Below, in pieces: positions 15,344-29,499 of a stretch of 64,000 bases of DNA. The notes under the pieces were generated by a model. It had not been told where the DNA came from. It was given only the letters and a program-made list of their open reading frames with translations, and did not search any database. Position 1 is the stretch's first letter; each line of letters opens with the position of its first letter. Source of the stretch: Octopus vulgaris (Eukaryota); contig OX597814.1 of assembly GCA_951406725.2 (NCBI GenBank), positions 89,962,001 to 90,026,000 of the forward strand, read 5' to 3'. A program made the translations under genes and the position numbers.

Positions 15344-17139
15344 TAAAAGAATTTTAATAACATCTTCGTTCAACTCCATTTATTTACTTATATATATCAT
15401 AAAGCCGATGCACACACCTATTTTTGTCACTGGCAGAAGGTTTCTGGTTCAGCTTCACTGTGCGGTTCCTTGGACAAGTATTATCGCTGTTATAGCCCAT
15501 GCCAATTAATGCATTCTCAGTGAATTTAATAAACTGAAACTGTGCGGAAGGACGTCGCGTATGTCTCTGCCTTTCTATCGATATATGTATGCGTATATGA
15601 ATATTCACTATATATATATATATATATATGTATGTATATATATATGTGTGTATGTATATCTATATTTGTGCATATATATGCCTATATATTGTGCGTATGA
15701 AGATATGCTTATGTGTTTGAGACCGCTAATAATTTAATTTCTTACGCAGTGAGTCAAATAAAAAATATCATGGTTGAGCGAATAGCTCTGCTTAGAATTT
15801 ACTATGCACAGAAATTACTTTGTGGAATGCCTATAGATTGAAGTAAACATATATGGACAGATTTAGCTCAACGAGTGATTACATTCAATGTGTTGCACAC
15901 TAAGCAGGCACACGCGAATGGTGAGAATATCTGAATTTATAAATATCAACAGTTCAAGGAATCATCCTTTCAAATACTTCCATTACATTAGTTGGAATAT
16001 TGATACCTGACGCATTCAATATACAGTTTGTGTATGGCAAGATATGAACTGGGATCAAAATTCTGAAGAACTCTCGAAATGATTTTTTTCTTATCTGTAT
16101 CAGGTTGAAATTTATTTTAAGCATATATTACGTTTCGCAACGGCTGCTTTGAATTTAAGTGCTCTGTCATGCATTTGCCAGATTGGTTTAAAGTTTGCAG
16201 CTAAGTTTTCTCAAGAAAATGCACTGCCAAAAACACAAGACTACCCGAGAAGAAAAATGTTAGTCAGTGAAGCAGTAACTAATTATTAGTCAAGAGTATA
16301 TTGAGTTCTATATTCGTTTGAGTTACTTGCACCTTGTACAACATACGCTTATACATCTACTCCTTGTAGAGTAGGATTTCTGCTATACAACCGAAACTTC
16401 GAAGTATCCATATAACTCAAAGATTATCTTGTGTGTGTTTCTGTATGTTTCTGTGTATAAATAAATAAATAAATTTCTATGTATGTATGTATGTATGTAT
16501 GTATGTATGTATGTATGTATGTATGTATGTATGTATGTATGTATGTATGTGCGTATGTTAAGTATGTCTGTATGCGTTTGAGTGTATGTATATATAAGCA
16601 TACATACATAACTACACACTTTCATATGTATGTACATCTGTGTATGTACGCACGTATGTATGCATGTATGTATGTATATATCTCTCTCTCTGTACACACA
16701 CACAGAGACACGCACACAAACACACAAACATACACACACATTTATTTATTTATGTATGCATGTATGTCTTCATACAAAGGCGCACTCAAATAAGGTCAAA
16801 AAAGGTTGTCTTTTTCTATGGTGACATTCACTGTTATTTCGAAATAGAAATGATAATTACCTTTGAAAATAGATTAAACATCAAGATTTTTATCTACCTC
16901 TGCCTGCTTACTTTCATAAATAATCGTCAACTCTAGGATTGATTGCAGGCGATAATATTTGAATTTGTTGGAATGTTAGAAGTATGATCTCAGGAATAAA
17001 TGGTTTGTTAGTTTTCTATCGACAATGATGGTGTCATCGCAACTCAGCAGTATCTAATCATAGGACCTAGTAATTATGACACAGTATTAATCTTTGCTTT
17101 GGACAGTAGACAAAACTGTTTTAATCTGTCTAGTATTTT

Positions 17140-17570
17140 AAGGTGGCGAGTTAGCAGGGTCGTTAGCACGCCGGGGAAAATGCTTGGCAGCATTTTCTCC
17201 GGTTTCACGTCCTGACTTCAAATTCCGCTGAGTTTGACTCTATCTTTAATCCTTTCGGTATCGATAAACTAAAAACCAGTTCAGAACTGGGGTCGATGTA
17301 ATCGAATTACTCCTTCTCCGAAGTTCTTAGCTTTATGCCAAAATGCGTACCCAATATAGGGAATATTTAAGGCGGCGAGCCGGTAAATTCGTTAGCACGT
17401 GGGGGGGGGGGGGCAAATACTCATCTGAGATCAGATTCTCTCGAAGTCGACTTTGCCTTTTATCATTTCTTGGTCGATAAAATAAGTACCAGTTGAATAC
17501 TGAGGCCTATATAATCAACTTACTTCATCCCCAGAAATTGCTGGCCATGTGTCAAAATTTGAAACCAATA
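17140..17570 (+). mobile_element. Two tandem family B SINE copies
   Basis: Heads aggtggcgagttagcagg / aggcggcgagccggtaaa and core gtcgactttgcctttt..gtcgataaaataagtaccag; related copies at ~6745-6950, 33720-33870, 35200-35910 and 58675-58870. Confidence 0.75.
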
Positions 17571-18102
17571 TATTGTGTATTTGCGTACAGAAGTGTACCA
17601 ATATGATGCAACCAGCACACCATTCTCATACGGTCTTGGTTTATAATCCACTAAAAGTCGATAATTTTAGTGGATCAGAATAGGCGGTAAACGCAACATA
17701 TAACCAAAGAACTCTATTAGGCTGGACATTATTTACGGTTTTACTATAGATATGTTAAACACTTATTTCACGCACATACATACGTATGTATATACATATA
17801 TATGGGTGTGTATGTGTGTGTGACCGGGATTTTGTATGCATGTAGCTATGTTTCTCCTGTGTCAATGTTAAATGCCTTGCTTTACAGAGTTAAGTCAATA
17901 TCTTGTGACACAGGCTCATATTAGAGCGAAATCCAAAGAAGGAAAGATCACAAAAGTAATTCTCCCTCAAGCAACGTGTAAGCCATTGAATTCCTTGAAA
18001 TCACAGCTTTATCATGACCACCATTCCATTACAACAGTGATAATTCATATCTGCCTTTACATGTTCTAGGCTGAGAAAAAGTTGTATCCATGAGTGAGTA
18101 TC

Positions 18103-18506
18103 TTTTATCTTGTATTTGCTTCAGTCACCAGACTCTGGTCATGCTGGGGCACCGCCCTGAAGAATTTATGATCGAATGAGTCGACCCAGGTACTTATTTG
18201 TTTTTAAGTCTGGTACTATTCTGTCGGTTTCCTTTACCGAACCGCAAGTTTACGGTGACGTAAACAAATCAATACCGGTTGTCAAGCAGTAGTGAGGGAC
18301 AATCACAAGCACAATGACACACACGCACAACACACACACAGCCGACGGGCTTCTTTCAGTTTCCGTCCACCAAATCCATTCGTAAGGCTTTAGGAGGCGC
18401 GAGGCTATAGTAGAAGTCACTTAGTCAAGGTGTCACGCAGTGGAACTGAACCTAGAACCATGTGGCTGGGAAGCAGGTTTCTTACTACACACCCACGCCT
18501 GCGCCT
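18103..18506 (-). mobile_element. tRNA-derived SINE, family A
   Basis: Diverged reverse complement of the 26933-27348 element over its whole length. Confidence 0.85.
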
Positions 18507-19568
18507 TGTATCGTTAGAATTCTTAACACTCTAGCACAAAAACAAAAAGTATTCCTGCAAATAAGTTTTAGGTTTTGTAAGCAGTATACAATTTCTTGCT
18601 CGCATGGTCGATTCCACGTCATCATAGACATCCAAAGAACACTTAGAACAGGGTGTTTTAAATAAGAGTAACTCTTGATTACCACATATACACACAATAT
18701 GACTGCAACGCTAATGAATGAATCGACGAACCGTTTTATTACAAAGACGGCGAATCTCTGTCGATGCATGAACTAAGTTTGTTTCTTCGACAAAACAGTG
18801 TGTTTTTATGTACATGTAGTAAATTTAATTTGAAAATGAAGCGAAACTTGTCACAAGCCAAAAAACCATCGCGATTTGAGACAGATTCAATCAATCTCTA
18901 GTAAAAGTGAAAAATCAATAAGGATACGATCTGAAAGAAAAATGAAATCACTAGAAACGGACGTTGCCAATTAAATATCAGGCGGATTAAAACGAAATTT
19001 TTATGATGGAAAATAACACTATGACGGATTTTGATATATATACAATTTTGAAGAATGCTGGGAAATTGTTGTTATTCTATGGGTATTTCTTTTGGCCCGT
19101 GAAACATGGAAATGAGCTCCTCTTCAAGTTTTTTTTATGGATAGCTTCCGTGGTGTAGAACTATCGGAACTGACTGAGGTGTCCTTAGAGTAGTAGTAAG
19201 ATGGAAAGCGTGGATAGAGCGCTATTAAACAACACAAGGAAAAACGGGAAAAGACGTAGACACAGTAGTTTAGAACTAACTTTTTTTTTTATTCAAGTAT
19301 ATTAGTATTAAACAGTTAAAGATCTGAGAGATCTTGTGTGTAGAGAAAAAAACTACGCGTGCATTTAAATTCTTCGATGTAATAAACATGAATTTAGCTT
19401 CCTGTACAAACAGATTCAGTGGATAATAATAAAAAAAACGACACTTTCTTCTATAGTTTCCCCTGGTCATCAGGGGTCATTCATGGTCAGTAGTGACTCA
19501 TCACAAATGTTTACGTCTTTTGGTTTACAGAAAGTGATCGAGGGTGGGTGGTGTATAGAAAAGGATGG

Positions 19569-19630
<62 letters not shown>

Positions 19631-20589
19631 ACTTAAAACTACTGCTAAAAATGCGATGTGTAATTCGTACTGCTTCCACTCGTTGGCATACCAGCAAATT
19701 TATCGTGTTTCTAATCTACTGTAACTACGCTAAAGAAACAAAATGAACACCTATGATATGCAAACTGTAACCAAACAAAAGAAACTGAGTTGTTCGTTTC
19801 TGGTTCATTTAGTCCCCAAGGGTTAAGCAACATCATTGTTTGGCACAGAAGAACTAAACGCTCGCGTCTAAATTCAAATTTATTTTAAATGCATCAACAG
19901 GCCTACCCAATCACTCGTTTAGTCGATTAAAATGAATCGCCAATAGGGATACGCAAATGAACCATATTCAAATGAGACTGAATCTTGTGAAATATAAAAA
20001 AGAAAAATCAATGCCTGTCAATCATTGCTTGTTTGTGGTTTTCATTAATAAGTTATGAGCTGATGTTTCTCTCTGTAGACAATTGTAGTCTGAACCGGTG
20101 ACAAAATAGACAATTGAATCTGAACCGGTGACGAACAGGTAATACGAGTATTTTTCTTTCAATCTTTTTTTCTTTTGCAGACGGACCGATGTGTTATTTA
20201 AACTCAAATTCATGAAGATGTATTTATAATTCATTCACACCCACGAAGTGAAGACGCGTAGCTTTATAGTTAGGGTACTCGGCTAACGATCGTAACGTCG
20301 TAAGTTCAAATTCCGGTTATACGTTCTGTTTTTGAGTAAGGCACTTTATTTCACGTTGCTCCAATCCACTCAGTTGGCAAAAATGCGTTGTTCTTGTACT
20401 TCAAAAGGGCCAGCCTTGTCACACTCTGTGTCACGTTGTATCTCCCTGAGAACTAAGTAAAGGGTACGGGTATTTACGGATTCCACATGTATATGCAAAG
20501 ATAGAAGCCACACCGTATGATAAGTATTTGGTAGCACATACCTGAAGAGAAACTTTAGAAAATACACTATTAGTTATTTTTACACAGAT

Positions 20590-20658
<69 letters not shown>

Positions 20659-21521
20659 GTGTGTATATATATATAAATATACATATATGCATACATATAT
20701 CTCTACATGTACGTATGGATACATATATGTGTGTGAGTATATATATATATACCCACAACTCTATATACGAACACAGATGGAATACTGTTTATTGAGTTTT
20801 TCTACCACGGATCAGTACATTATACATATATATATATAATATTAAATTAGAGATAAAACCACTATTAGGCAAATCAAACAATGAAAAACTTAAGCCAATA
20901 CATAAAATTAATTAATTTATATATATGTATAAATGTAAGTATGTATGTATATATGAATGTATGTATGTGTGTGTGTATGTCTGTATATGTGGATATGTAT
21001 ATGTATATATTATTTGTATAGATATATGTTCGTGTATACCTGCCTATAAGATACGTATATGAAAGAGATATTTGCGATTTTCTTAGCACTATCTTGACTT
21101 CTATAAAGGAAAAGAAAAGGCAAAGAATTCATAAAAACTCCAAAGGGAAAGTATATACCTACACATAATAGCACAAAATACACATGGACACACTTTCAAA
21201 ACTGCAACGAATCTATACATGTTTTGGCGTTCTACTTACTCTTTGAAAACGGGCATTTTGACCCATAATATCGGATTATGAAATTCTTTAAGAGGAAGCG
21301 TTTAATGTCGATTTTGCAGGTGCATAGTTATGGCCTTGTTCGTCAGAGCAAGGTGAATACACATGCACTTATCTTTATATTTTACTTGCTTCAGTCATTG
21401 AAGTGCGAGTTTCGTGCTTATCCTATCGTTTTTCTACCGAGCTGCTGAGTTATGGGGGCGTAAACATACCAACGCTGGTTGTCAAACGTTGTGGTAGGGA
21501 AACAAAAATGCACTTACATAA

Positions 21522-21608
<87 letters not shown>

Positions 21609-21686
21609 CATCTATCTATTTATCTGCATATGGACACACATACATACGCATGCACACATACACTCACATACACACACATACATGCA

Positions 21687-21717
<31 letters not shown>

Positions 21718-22026
21718 GCGCGCGCGCGCACGCATGCACGCACGCACGCACGCACGCACACAGTTTCAATCCACGAAATTTGCTAGGCATCGGTGTGTCG
21801 GTGATACAATGGAAGACATTTGCCCAAGGTGCCGCGCACTGGTCTCAACAAGAAACGACGTGGTTGCAACGTGATTTTTCTCACCACACACCCGTGCCTG
21901 CATAAATGGTTTGTGTATTCATGTACGTGTGTTTTTGTGTTGTGTGTGTATGTGTGTGTGTGTGTGCGTGCCTGCGTGTGAGTGTATATACATACATATA
22001 TACATATATGCATATATATGAATTTG

Positions 22027-22076
<50 letters not shown>

Positions 22077-22339
22077 TATGTATGTATATATGTATATATG
22101 CATATATGTATATACACACACACACACACACATATATATATATGATATTCATTAACTTGTTTCAGTCATTTGACTGCAGCTGTGCTGGAGCACCGCCTTT
22201 AGTCGAACGAAACGACCCCAGGACTTATGCTTTCTAAGCCTAGTACTTACTCATTCCGGCTCTTTTGCTGAAATGATAGACTAAGGGGACTTAAACACAC
22301 CAACATCGGTTGTCAATCGATGGTGGTTGGACAAATATA

Positions 22340-22710
22340 GACATGCAGACATATGAGAGTCTTGACGCGATGGAGGTTCATCTGGGACATTGGACAGCAG
22401 GAGGTCAATTTGTTTCTTGAAATCATCTACTCGGGCTCTATGTAGATCACTCAGATATTTTGGCAAGATATTAAATAGCTGTGGGCCTTTGAATCCTAAG
22501 CTATTGAAGTAAATGATCATCATTCTAGACGATATGGATTGGCGCTTTGGAACAGTGATGTGACGTCCTGTTCGGAGGCTTGTATAACACTCGATGCTAA
22601 AGTTTGGGACTAATCCCTCGAGGATCTTTCAAATTCATATCACCGCATATCTCTCCCATCTTTTCTCTAGTGAATAGAGTCGTAGCTTTTGCAGTCTCTC
22701 TCAGTCGTTC
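22340..22710 (-). mobile_element. CR1/L2-group LINE ORF2 3' fragment
   Basis: LQKLRLYSLEKRWERYAVI and NSLGFKGPQLFNILPKYL..FKKQIDLLLSNVPDEP, typical of the region C-terminal to the RT. Confidence 0.7.
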
Positions 22711-22860
22711 AACTGTTCAATTGATGTAATCTTCGTGGCGTAGCACTACTGAAGAGCCTAAAGTTCCGCGCTATTAATTTATTTGTATTGTTTTTACTGT
22801 CTTGTTTTGTTCTTACTGTCCTGTTCTTGTTATCATTTTTACCCCACGGCAGACAATCCC

Positions 22861-23177
22861 AAATTTTATTTAATTTGCTTTGCGGGAAGGTCTGTTTCAA
22901 CGGAGTCGCATCTTGTCCTTACCTTCGAAACGCAGAGTAGACGAAACAGGGACAACTGAAGAAGGGGAATATTCCTTGTGTTGTATGTCTTGTACTCTGT
23001 TTTTTCGTTGTTTGGAAAAAAGTTTGTTTCCATGTTTTTGTTTTTATGTTTTCGTTTCTCATTGTGATCAACGTTTATTTGGTGTTCTGTACCCATATAT
23101 GCATGTATATATACATATAGATGTAGGTATTTACATATATGTATGTATATATGCATATGTCTATATATTATTTATGT

Positions 23178-23180
<3 letters not shown>
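22861..23180 (+). mobile_element. Short non-coding dispersed element carrying a rearranged hammerhead-like motif
   Basis: Homologous to the reverse complement of 49930-50253 and partly to 6360-6590; abuts (TA)n. Confidence 0.7.
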
Positions 23181-23232
<52 letters not shown>

Positions 23233-24606
23233 TAAAAGACGAAATACTTATGTAGCCTATGTAGAGACGCCAGCCTATTGACCGAGGCAAAAATTTTTGC
23301 TTTTACGCTAATGTCTCGAACCGTAGTACTCATAGGGTTGCTTTCCATGGTGTATAAGTCACCAAGATCACAACAATTGCTCTAAAGAGCACGGCTGCTC
23401 ATTGCAGTATTACTCATTTACAGCTGAATGTACTGGAGGAACATGAAATGACGTGTTTTGCTCAAAAACACAACTCGGTTCTCGGTCCGGAAAGCACAAT
23501 CTAGCGATCGTGAGTGCAACACCCTAGCCACTAAGCCACGCGCAATCACAAAAAGTATCATATAAATGAATTGAAAGTATTTTCAGATATAAATCAAACG
23601 CACTGCGAGAAGCATTAGTACTTAAATAAAACAAGGAATGATTACAAGAACTTAAAACTTCATTTATAAATACATTTCTAAAACTTGCACGAAAAGCTAG
23701 TCCTTGTTTTCGTGAACGGTGATATTAATAGACACGTTTCCGACATATAAAATCACTTCAGCGCAATTTCATTCATTTAATATTTCTGTATACGACCTTT
23801 ACTACACAGGCATTTTACTTCATCTATGATAATCCATACTATTGGTTTACTTAATTTCCCTAAGCTTTGGCTTGTTTAAAGTATAACATGACAGATTTAG
23901 GGACACTGATCCATTAGTTAAATATGTAAGATGATGAAATATAATAAACGCAAGGATGTTGATGGTGATGATGTTGATAATGATGGTGATAATATTGATG
24001 ATGATGGCAGCAATGAGATAACGATAATAAACTTTATGGTGATGATAACGATAATGGTTGTGATACTGCTGATAATAATGATAGCGATCACTTATTTTAT
24101 CGATCTAGGAGTGATGAAAGGAGAATCCAGCCTCCGGTTGAATTTAACCTCTATGTAGAGAGACGAAAATAAATACTGAAACCTTCTATTATTTTTGCTA
24201 TTCCACTACTTCTGTTACTGCTATTAATAATGATGAAAACATGATTTATTTATTTGCTACAAAATAAAGAAAAACATACAAATTATATTGCAGAACAGTA
24301 TAATTCAATTGGTGTAATTCAATAAAATACACAGACGGCCGTTATATGGGTCGGTTATATATAAATATATACATATGCAAACACACACACGCGTGTGTGT
24401 ATGTATGTATGTATGTATGTATGTATGTATGTATGTATGTATGTATGTATGTATGTATGTATGTATGTATGTATGCATGTATGTATGTATGTATATATGT
24501 ATGTATGTATGCATGTATGTATGTATATATATATATATTTATTTATATATATATGTGTGTGTGTGTGCGTTTGTGTATTTGTGTATACAAGCACAGACAC
24601 ATGTAC

Positions 24607-24659
<53 letters not shown>

Positions 24660-26836
24660 GTTATTTACAAATATGTCATATATTTGCTCACAAGTTCCCA
24701 AATGTTGAACGTACCAATATTGATGTATTACTAACAAAAATAGGAATAAAACCACGATTAACCACTTAAAATATAAAGTACTTTAAAATATATAGCTTTA
24801 CTTCCAACATAGTCATTATGTACAGTTCCGTTGGAAAATCCCAAGCCTATTTTATCATAATAACGTGACTGGAAACTTTGGTTTAATGGCGATGGAGTAT
24901 AAGAAATAAACTTAACGAAGTTCATATTCGTCTAAGTAATAACAACAAAAGCGATTCAGTAAAGTATATCAGTTAAAGAAATATTCGTTTATTATAGTGT
25001 TTTGCTGCTTACTGTAGTGCGTTACTTCCTACTCTGTGTTTCTATATTCAATTAAGACGACTGGAGCATTATTTGTTTTTAATTAAGTGTCATAGCGCTA
25101 GTAACACGATTTGAAATACTCAACTTCAATTTGTTGTTCTTTTCCCTATCGATTCTTCAGTGTGAGTTCTCTTAATAACTATAAGAAATTTATGTAAAAA
25201 AAATAGTGAAATATGCCATTGAAAATCTAAACTTAATTAGCAATTTTTACCATTGTTTTTACAATTTGTTTTTAAGATAACCATTCCTAATACCTCTCTA
25301 CTTCGGTTTCTTTCGAAAATTGCATTTACGACTTGTATTAATGAAATTGTGCGGTTTGTCAATAGGATTGCATTCAATAGAGTGATTAGAAATGTCTAGC
25401 ACTTTAGCTGACATTTTCGGACTTTCTAAGAAGTCTGACAGCCTAAACCGTCCATCTGTCAACTCGTTTTGGTTATCGCAAGGATATAGAAGTGGTTGGT
25501 TGGGTGATCACTTGGGTTGTCTCAGACAGAACGCAGTCTCTTTATCAACTTCCTTGTCTATTCGATTTATCCGGTTGATGGAGATTTCATACAACTTATA
25601 GTTCGAACTGTCAAAAGCAGACTTTCATTAGTGAGCGATGAAAGTCCGGCTGGCGAGTATGTGTTTATGCTTGTTTGTGCTGGCAGTCTGGAGAGAGATT
25701 GATAAATATATAGAGTGACCAGAGATATAAAGAGGTTGTAGAGTAAAGAGAATATGGAAGGAGAAGTAAAGAGGAGTAACAGAGAGAGAGAGAGAGAGAA
25801 ATGAGAGAGAGAGTGAAAGGAATGAAGAAAGTTCCTGTTTTGACTGCGTATGTTTTGTGATGATGATCTCGCGCACTCACAAGTGTCTGTTTATATAACT
25901 GCACCGGTGCTCTTAGAAACAAAAGGGTTTGGCTCAAACTTACAAGAAATAGATTTTCTGGATGTTTCATGTTTCCGGCAGCAAATTGATTTCTTTTTAT
26001 TATATAGAAAAGCAAAGGAAAGAATAGCCGAATTAACAGAGAGCGGCCAGCAGAGAATTGCACTCTTTAGAATTCGATTAAAGAGAATATGATTGACATG
26101 TGCAGATAAGTTGAATGTTTCAAGACAAGTTTGAGAGTTAATTTTCTATATTCTGCAGAGAAATATAAATCAACAGCGAAACATACCATGCTATTCAAAT
26201 ACAACACTTTTTAACAATATCTTTCTATAAATTGGCTTTATTATTTCATACTTTGTGTCAATAAGATTTTATTCATCCTGACTATAACAGACCTCATTTT
26301 ACTTCGAATCATTTAGCCATAATTGCTATAATACATCATTAATATTTATTCTTTGACAATATTTCAGTCTGAAATGATAAAGAAATGATATGTGAGAAAA
26401 TCACAACACTATAAATGTTTGAAAAGAAATCAAGACACTAATAGGATATTTCTTTAAATCAGATGATTACCGATTATCACAAACATCAAATGTACAAAGA
26501 CCATGGGAATTGCACATAGTTTTACTCAGTGGAACGCCATAAAATAAGGTTATAAATTTACCAGAATGTTTTCAGTTTTAAAAACAATCTATGACTGTTA
26601 ACCTAAGACGTTACTTCTGAAATAAACAAAAGTCGAACTAGTGTGGATTTTATTGTCTTGATACTATATAATGATACATATCTCTATCTGTCACTACTAC
26701 ATCTCTCGCTCGCTCACACCTTTCTCTCTCTTTCTCTGCATATATATATATATATAAATATATATGCGCACGCATATGTTGATACAAATAAGAATTATCT
26801 ATCTACCTATCTGTATGTCACTGCCTGTCAGTCTGC

Positions 26837-26891
<55 letters not shown>

Positions 26892-26932
26892 CATACACAC
26901 ATGCACACACACACACATACACACACATATAT

Positions 26933-27348
26933 AGGCGCAGTAGTGGCTGTGTGGTAAGTAGCTTGCTTGCCAATCACATGGTTCCGGGTTCAGTCCCACT
27001 GTGTGGCACCTTGGGCAAGTGTCTTCTACTGTAGCCTCGGGCCGACCAAAGCCTTGTGAGTGGATTTGGCTGACGGAAACTGAAGAGACGCCCGTCGTAT
27101 ATATGTATATATGTATATGTATATATATATATAAGTGTGTGTGTGTTTGTGTGTCTGTGTTTGTCCCCCAACATCGTTTGACAGCCGATGCTGGTGTGTT
27201 TATGTACCCCGTAACTTAGCGGTTCGGCAAAAGATACTGATAGAATAAGTACTAGGCTTACAAAGAATAAGTCCTGGGGTCTATTTGCTCGACTAAAGGC
27301 GGTGGTCCAGCATGGCCGCTGTCAAATGACTGAAACAAGTAAAATAGT
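26933..27348 (+). mobile_element. tRNA-derived SINE, family A (well preserved)
   Basis: A-box tggctgtgtgg, B-box gggttcagtccc, internal microsatellite and conserved 3' tail. Confidence 0.9.
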
Positions 27349-28219
27349 ATATATACATATATGTACATACATACACAGACACACACACGCCCATAGGCGA
27401 ATATGTTGTTCAAAATGCACCTAAATTTGAAAAAAATTGTAATTGTTTTAAAAGAAATATTTTAGTTTCAACAATACTTTTTGTCTATGAATGGTAAAAA
27501 TTTAGAATTTTGAATAAGAAAAATATGTTTAAAAGTTTCAATGTTGATAAGTTTAAATGTTCATAACTGTCAATAATATGTTTAAATGTATAAAATTCAG
27601 TAGTTAGTAGTGGTTGACAAGAAAGAAATATCAGCAAAGTTTCAGTCATACTGATTTAAGAGGGAGAAAAACAAGGGAGAAATGAAGATAGTAAAAAAAG
27701 GGATTTAGTTTACAGTTTCTGTGATTCTCTTTCCGTCGTTTGCAGGAACTTTCACTTGTAACGGTGTCTTTTGGAATCCTGTGTATTTATAAATTTTTCC
27801 GCGAACGGATCTGATTTGTGATTCGTTAAAGTATTGTTGACGTCTTTTGTTTCTGGTTGTCAAGTTTGTCGCCCTGCCTGGGGAACGGTCATCAGCTGTT
27901 CCAGTCGTTTGATTATTTTAAAGGGTTATTTTGTTGTATTTGCTGAAGTTGGATTTAGATTGGAAGGAGAATTTCATTGGTCTAGAGTCAGGTGACGTCA
28001 GCAACTGGTGTTTGTAAAATTTCATGGTCTAGAGTTAGCTGACGTCGCCAACTGGTGTTTATATGGTTTTATTGTATGGTGATTTGGAGTTGCGGTTTCG
28101 AAACCCGGGTGGAAGACAGTTACTAAAGTTTTTAAAAATTGTCTGTTGTATGTGTTTGTTTTTTGCGTGGAGAAATTGTGTCCTTTTTCCTTTTTCTCTC
28201 TAGCGTGTTTTTCTTCTTT

Positions 28220-28690
28220 GTAAAGGATATTCAGTTGTGGTTTATATTTTTTAATAAGTATACTTTCCATATTTAAACGGAGTTTGGTTGAAGTGTTTCC
28301 TGTACATTGAGAGAGAGGTAAGATTTGGTATTTCGGGTTTATCTTTATGGAGCATTGGTCTAGGTGTTTGCTAACGGGCATTTTTCTGGTCGGAGGCTCT
28401 AGGATTTGTAGCCTGTGCACCGTTAGTCTGTCCCTTAAAGTTAAACTAGTTTGACCTATGTAGTCTCCACCACGCCCTCCACATTTGAGAACATAGATTA
28501 AGTTATTCGAAGCACAGGGGAAGCGATTTTTTATAGTAAACGTTTGACCTGAGTTAAATTTTTATGTTGAGTCCCCCAAGAAGAAGATCGAAGTTCCGCA
28601 GTTAGGGTGGTTGCACTTTTTGACTAGTGGGGTTGTATTTTAGTGAGTAATTTGGCGCTGGTGAGTAACTTTTTTAGGGATTGTGGTTGT
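28220..28690 (-). mobile_element. Neptune-type PLE 3' fragment (GIY-YIG endonuclease)
   Basis: Minus strand reads VKKCNHPNCGT, FPCASNNLIYVLKCGG..YIGQTSLTLRDRLTVH and ESILIKKYKPQLN, homologous to the endonuclease at 50701-51130. Its 3' UTR probably extends to ~27600. Confidence 0.85.
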
Positions 28691-29296
28691 TTATATACAT
28701 ATGGCGGCCAGCCTTTCGCAAGTTGAAAAAGCTTTGAGAAATTACAAAATACCTTTTGAGTACGAAATCGCTAGTGTTTTCTGATGGAGATATATAATGA
28801 TTATAAGTATCATCATATCATATAGACATAATTCTCGCTCAGCCTACAAAATACTTGCCTGCGTTGGACTATCTTCCTTGAAGAACACAAAGTATATGAT
28901 ATTATAGTTCCCAGGAAAACTTCGATAATTAATTAAGAATTCTGAACGGACCTATGTATTGACTCCTACTAGAGATCTTTTGTAGCTAAAGTCAAGGTTT
29001 TGTTACTTTTACGAACCACAGTATCGTAGTCAAAAGTTGCTTTGTTTACACTTATACTTCATGACCTCGCATGCCTTTAAACACATGGATTTGTAAAAGC
29101 TGATAAAATTGTAGACTGATTGGCAACTTGTGTTTCATATCCTATTGACGTAGTTTATGCTGCTGTCCATTTACAACCACTAATTAATTAATTACATAAT
29201 TTTTCTCGATTTCTCTTCTAGCCTTCGGTTTAAAACAGTCAAATCTAAAAATATATATTTTCTCTTTCTCTGTGTGCCTTACACACACACACACAC

Positions 29297-29335
<39 letters not shown>

Positions 29336-29499
29336 ATCTATCTATTGAGCTGTGTACATGGGGACATATCTATTGAAACATTATGGATATATATACTCAA
29401 ATATACACAAAAAACACGACAATGAAGGATACACAGATGTCAGTGAAATATGTTCCCTTGGCTCTACAGAACGTAAATGGAACAAATAGAAAACCATAT

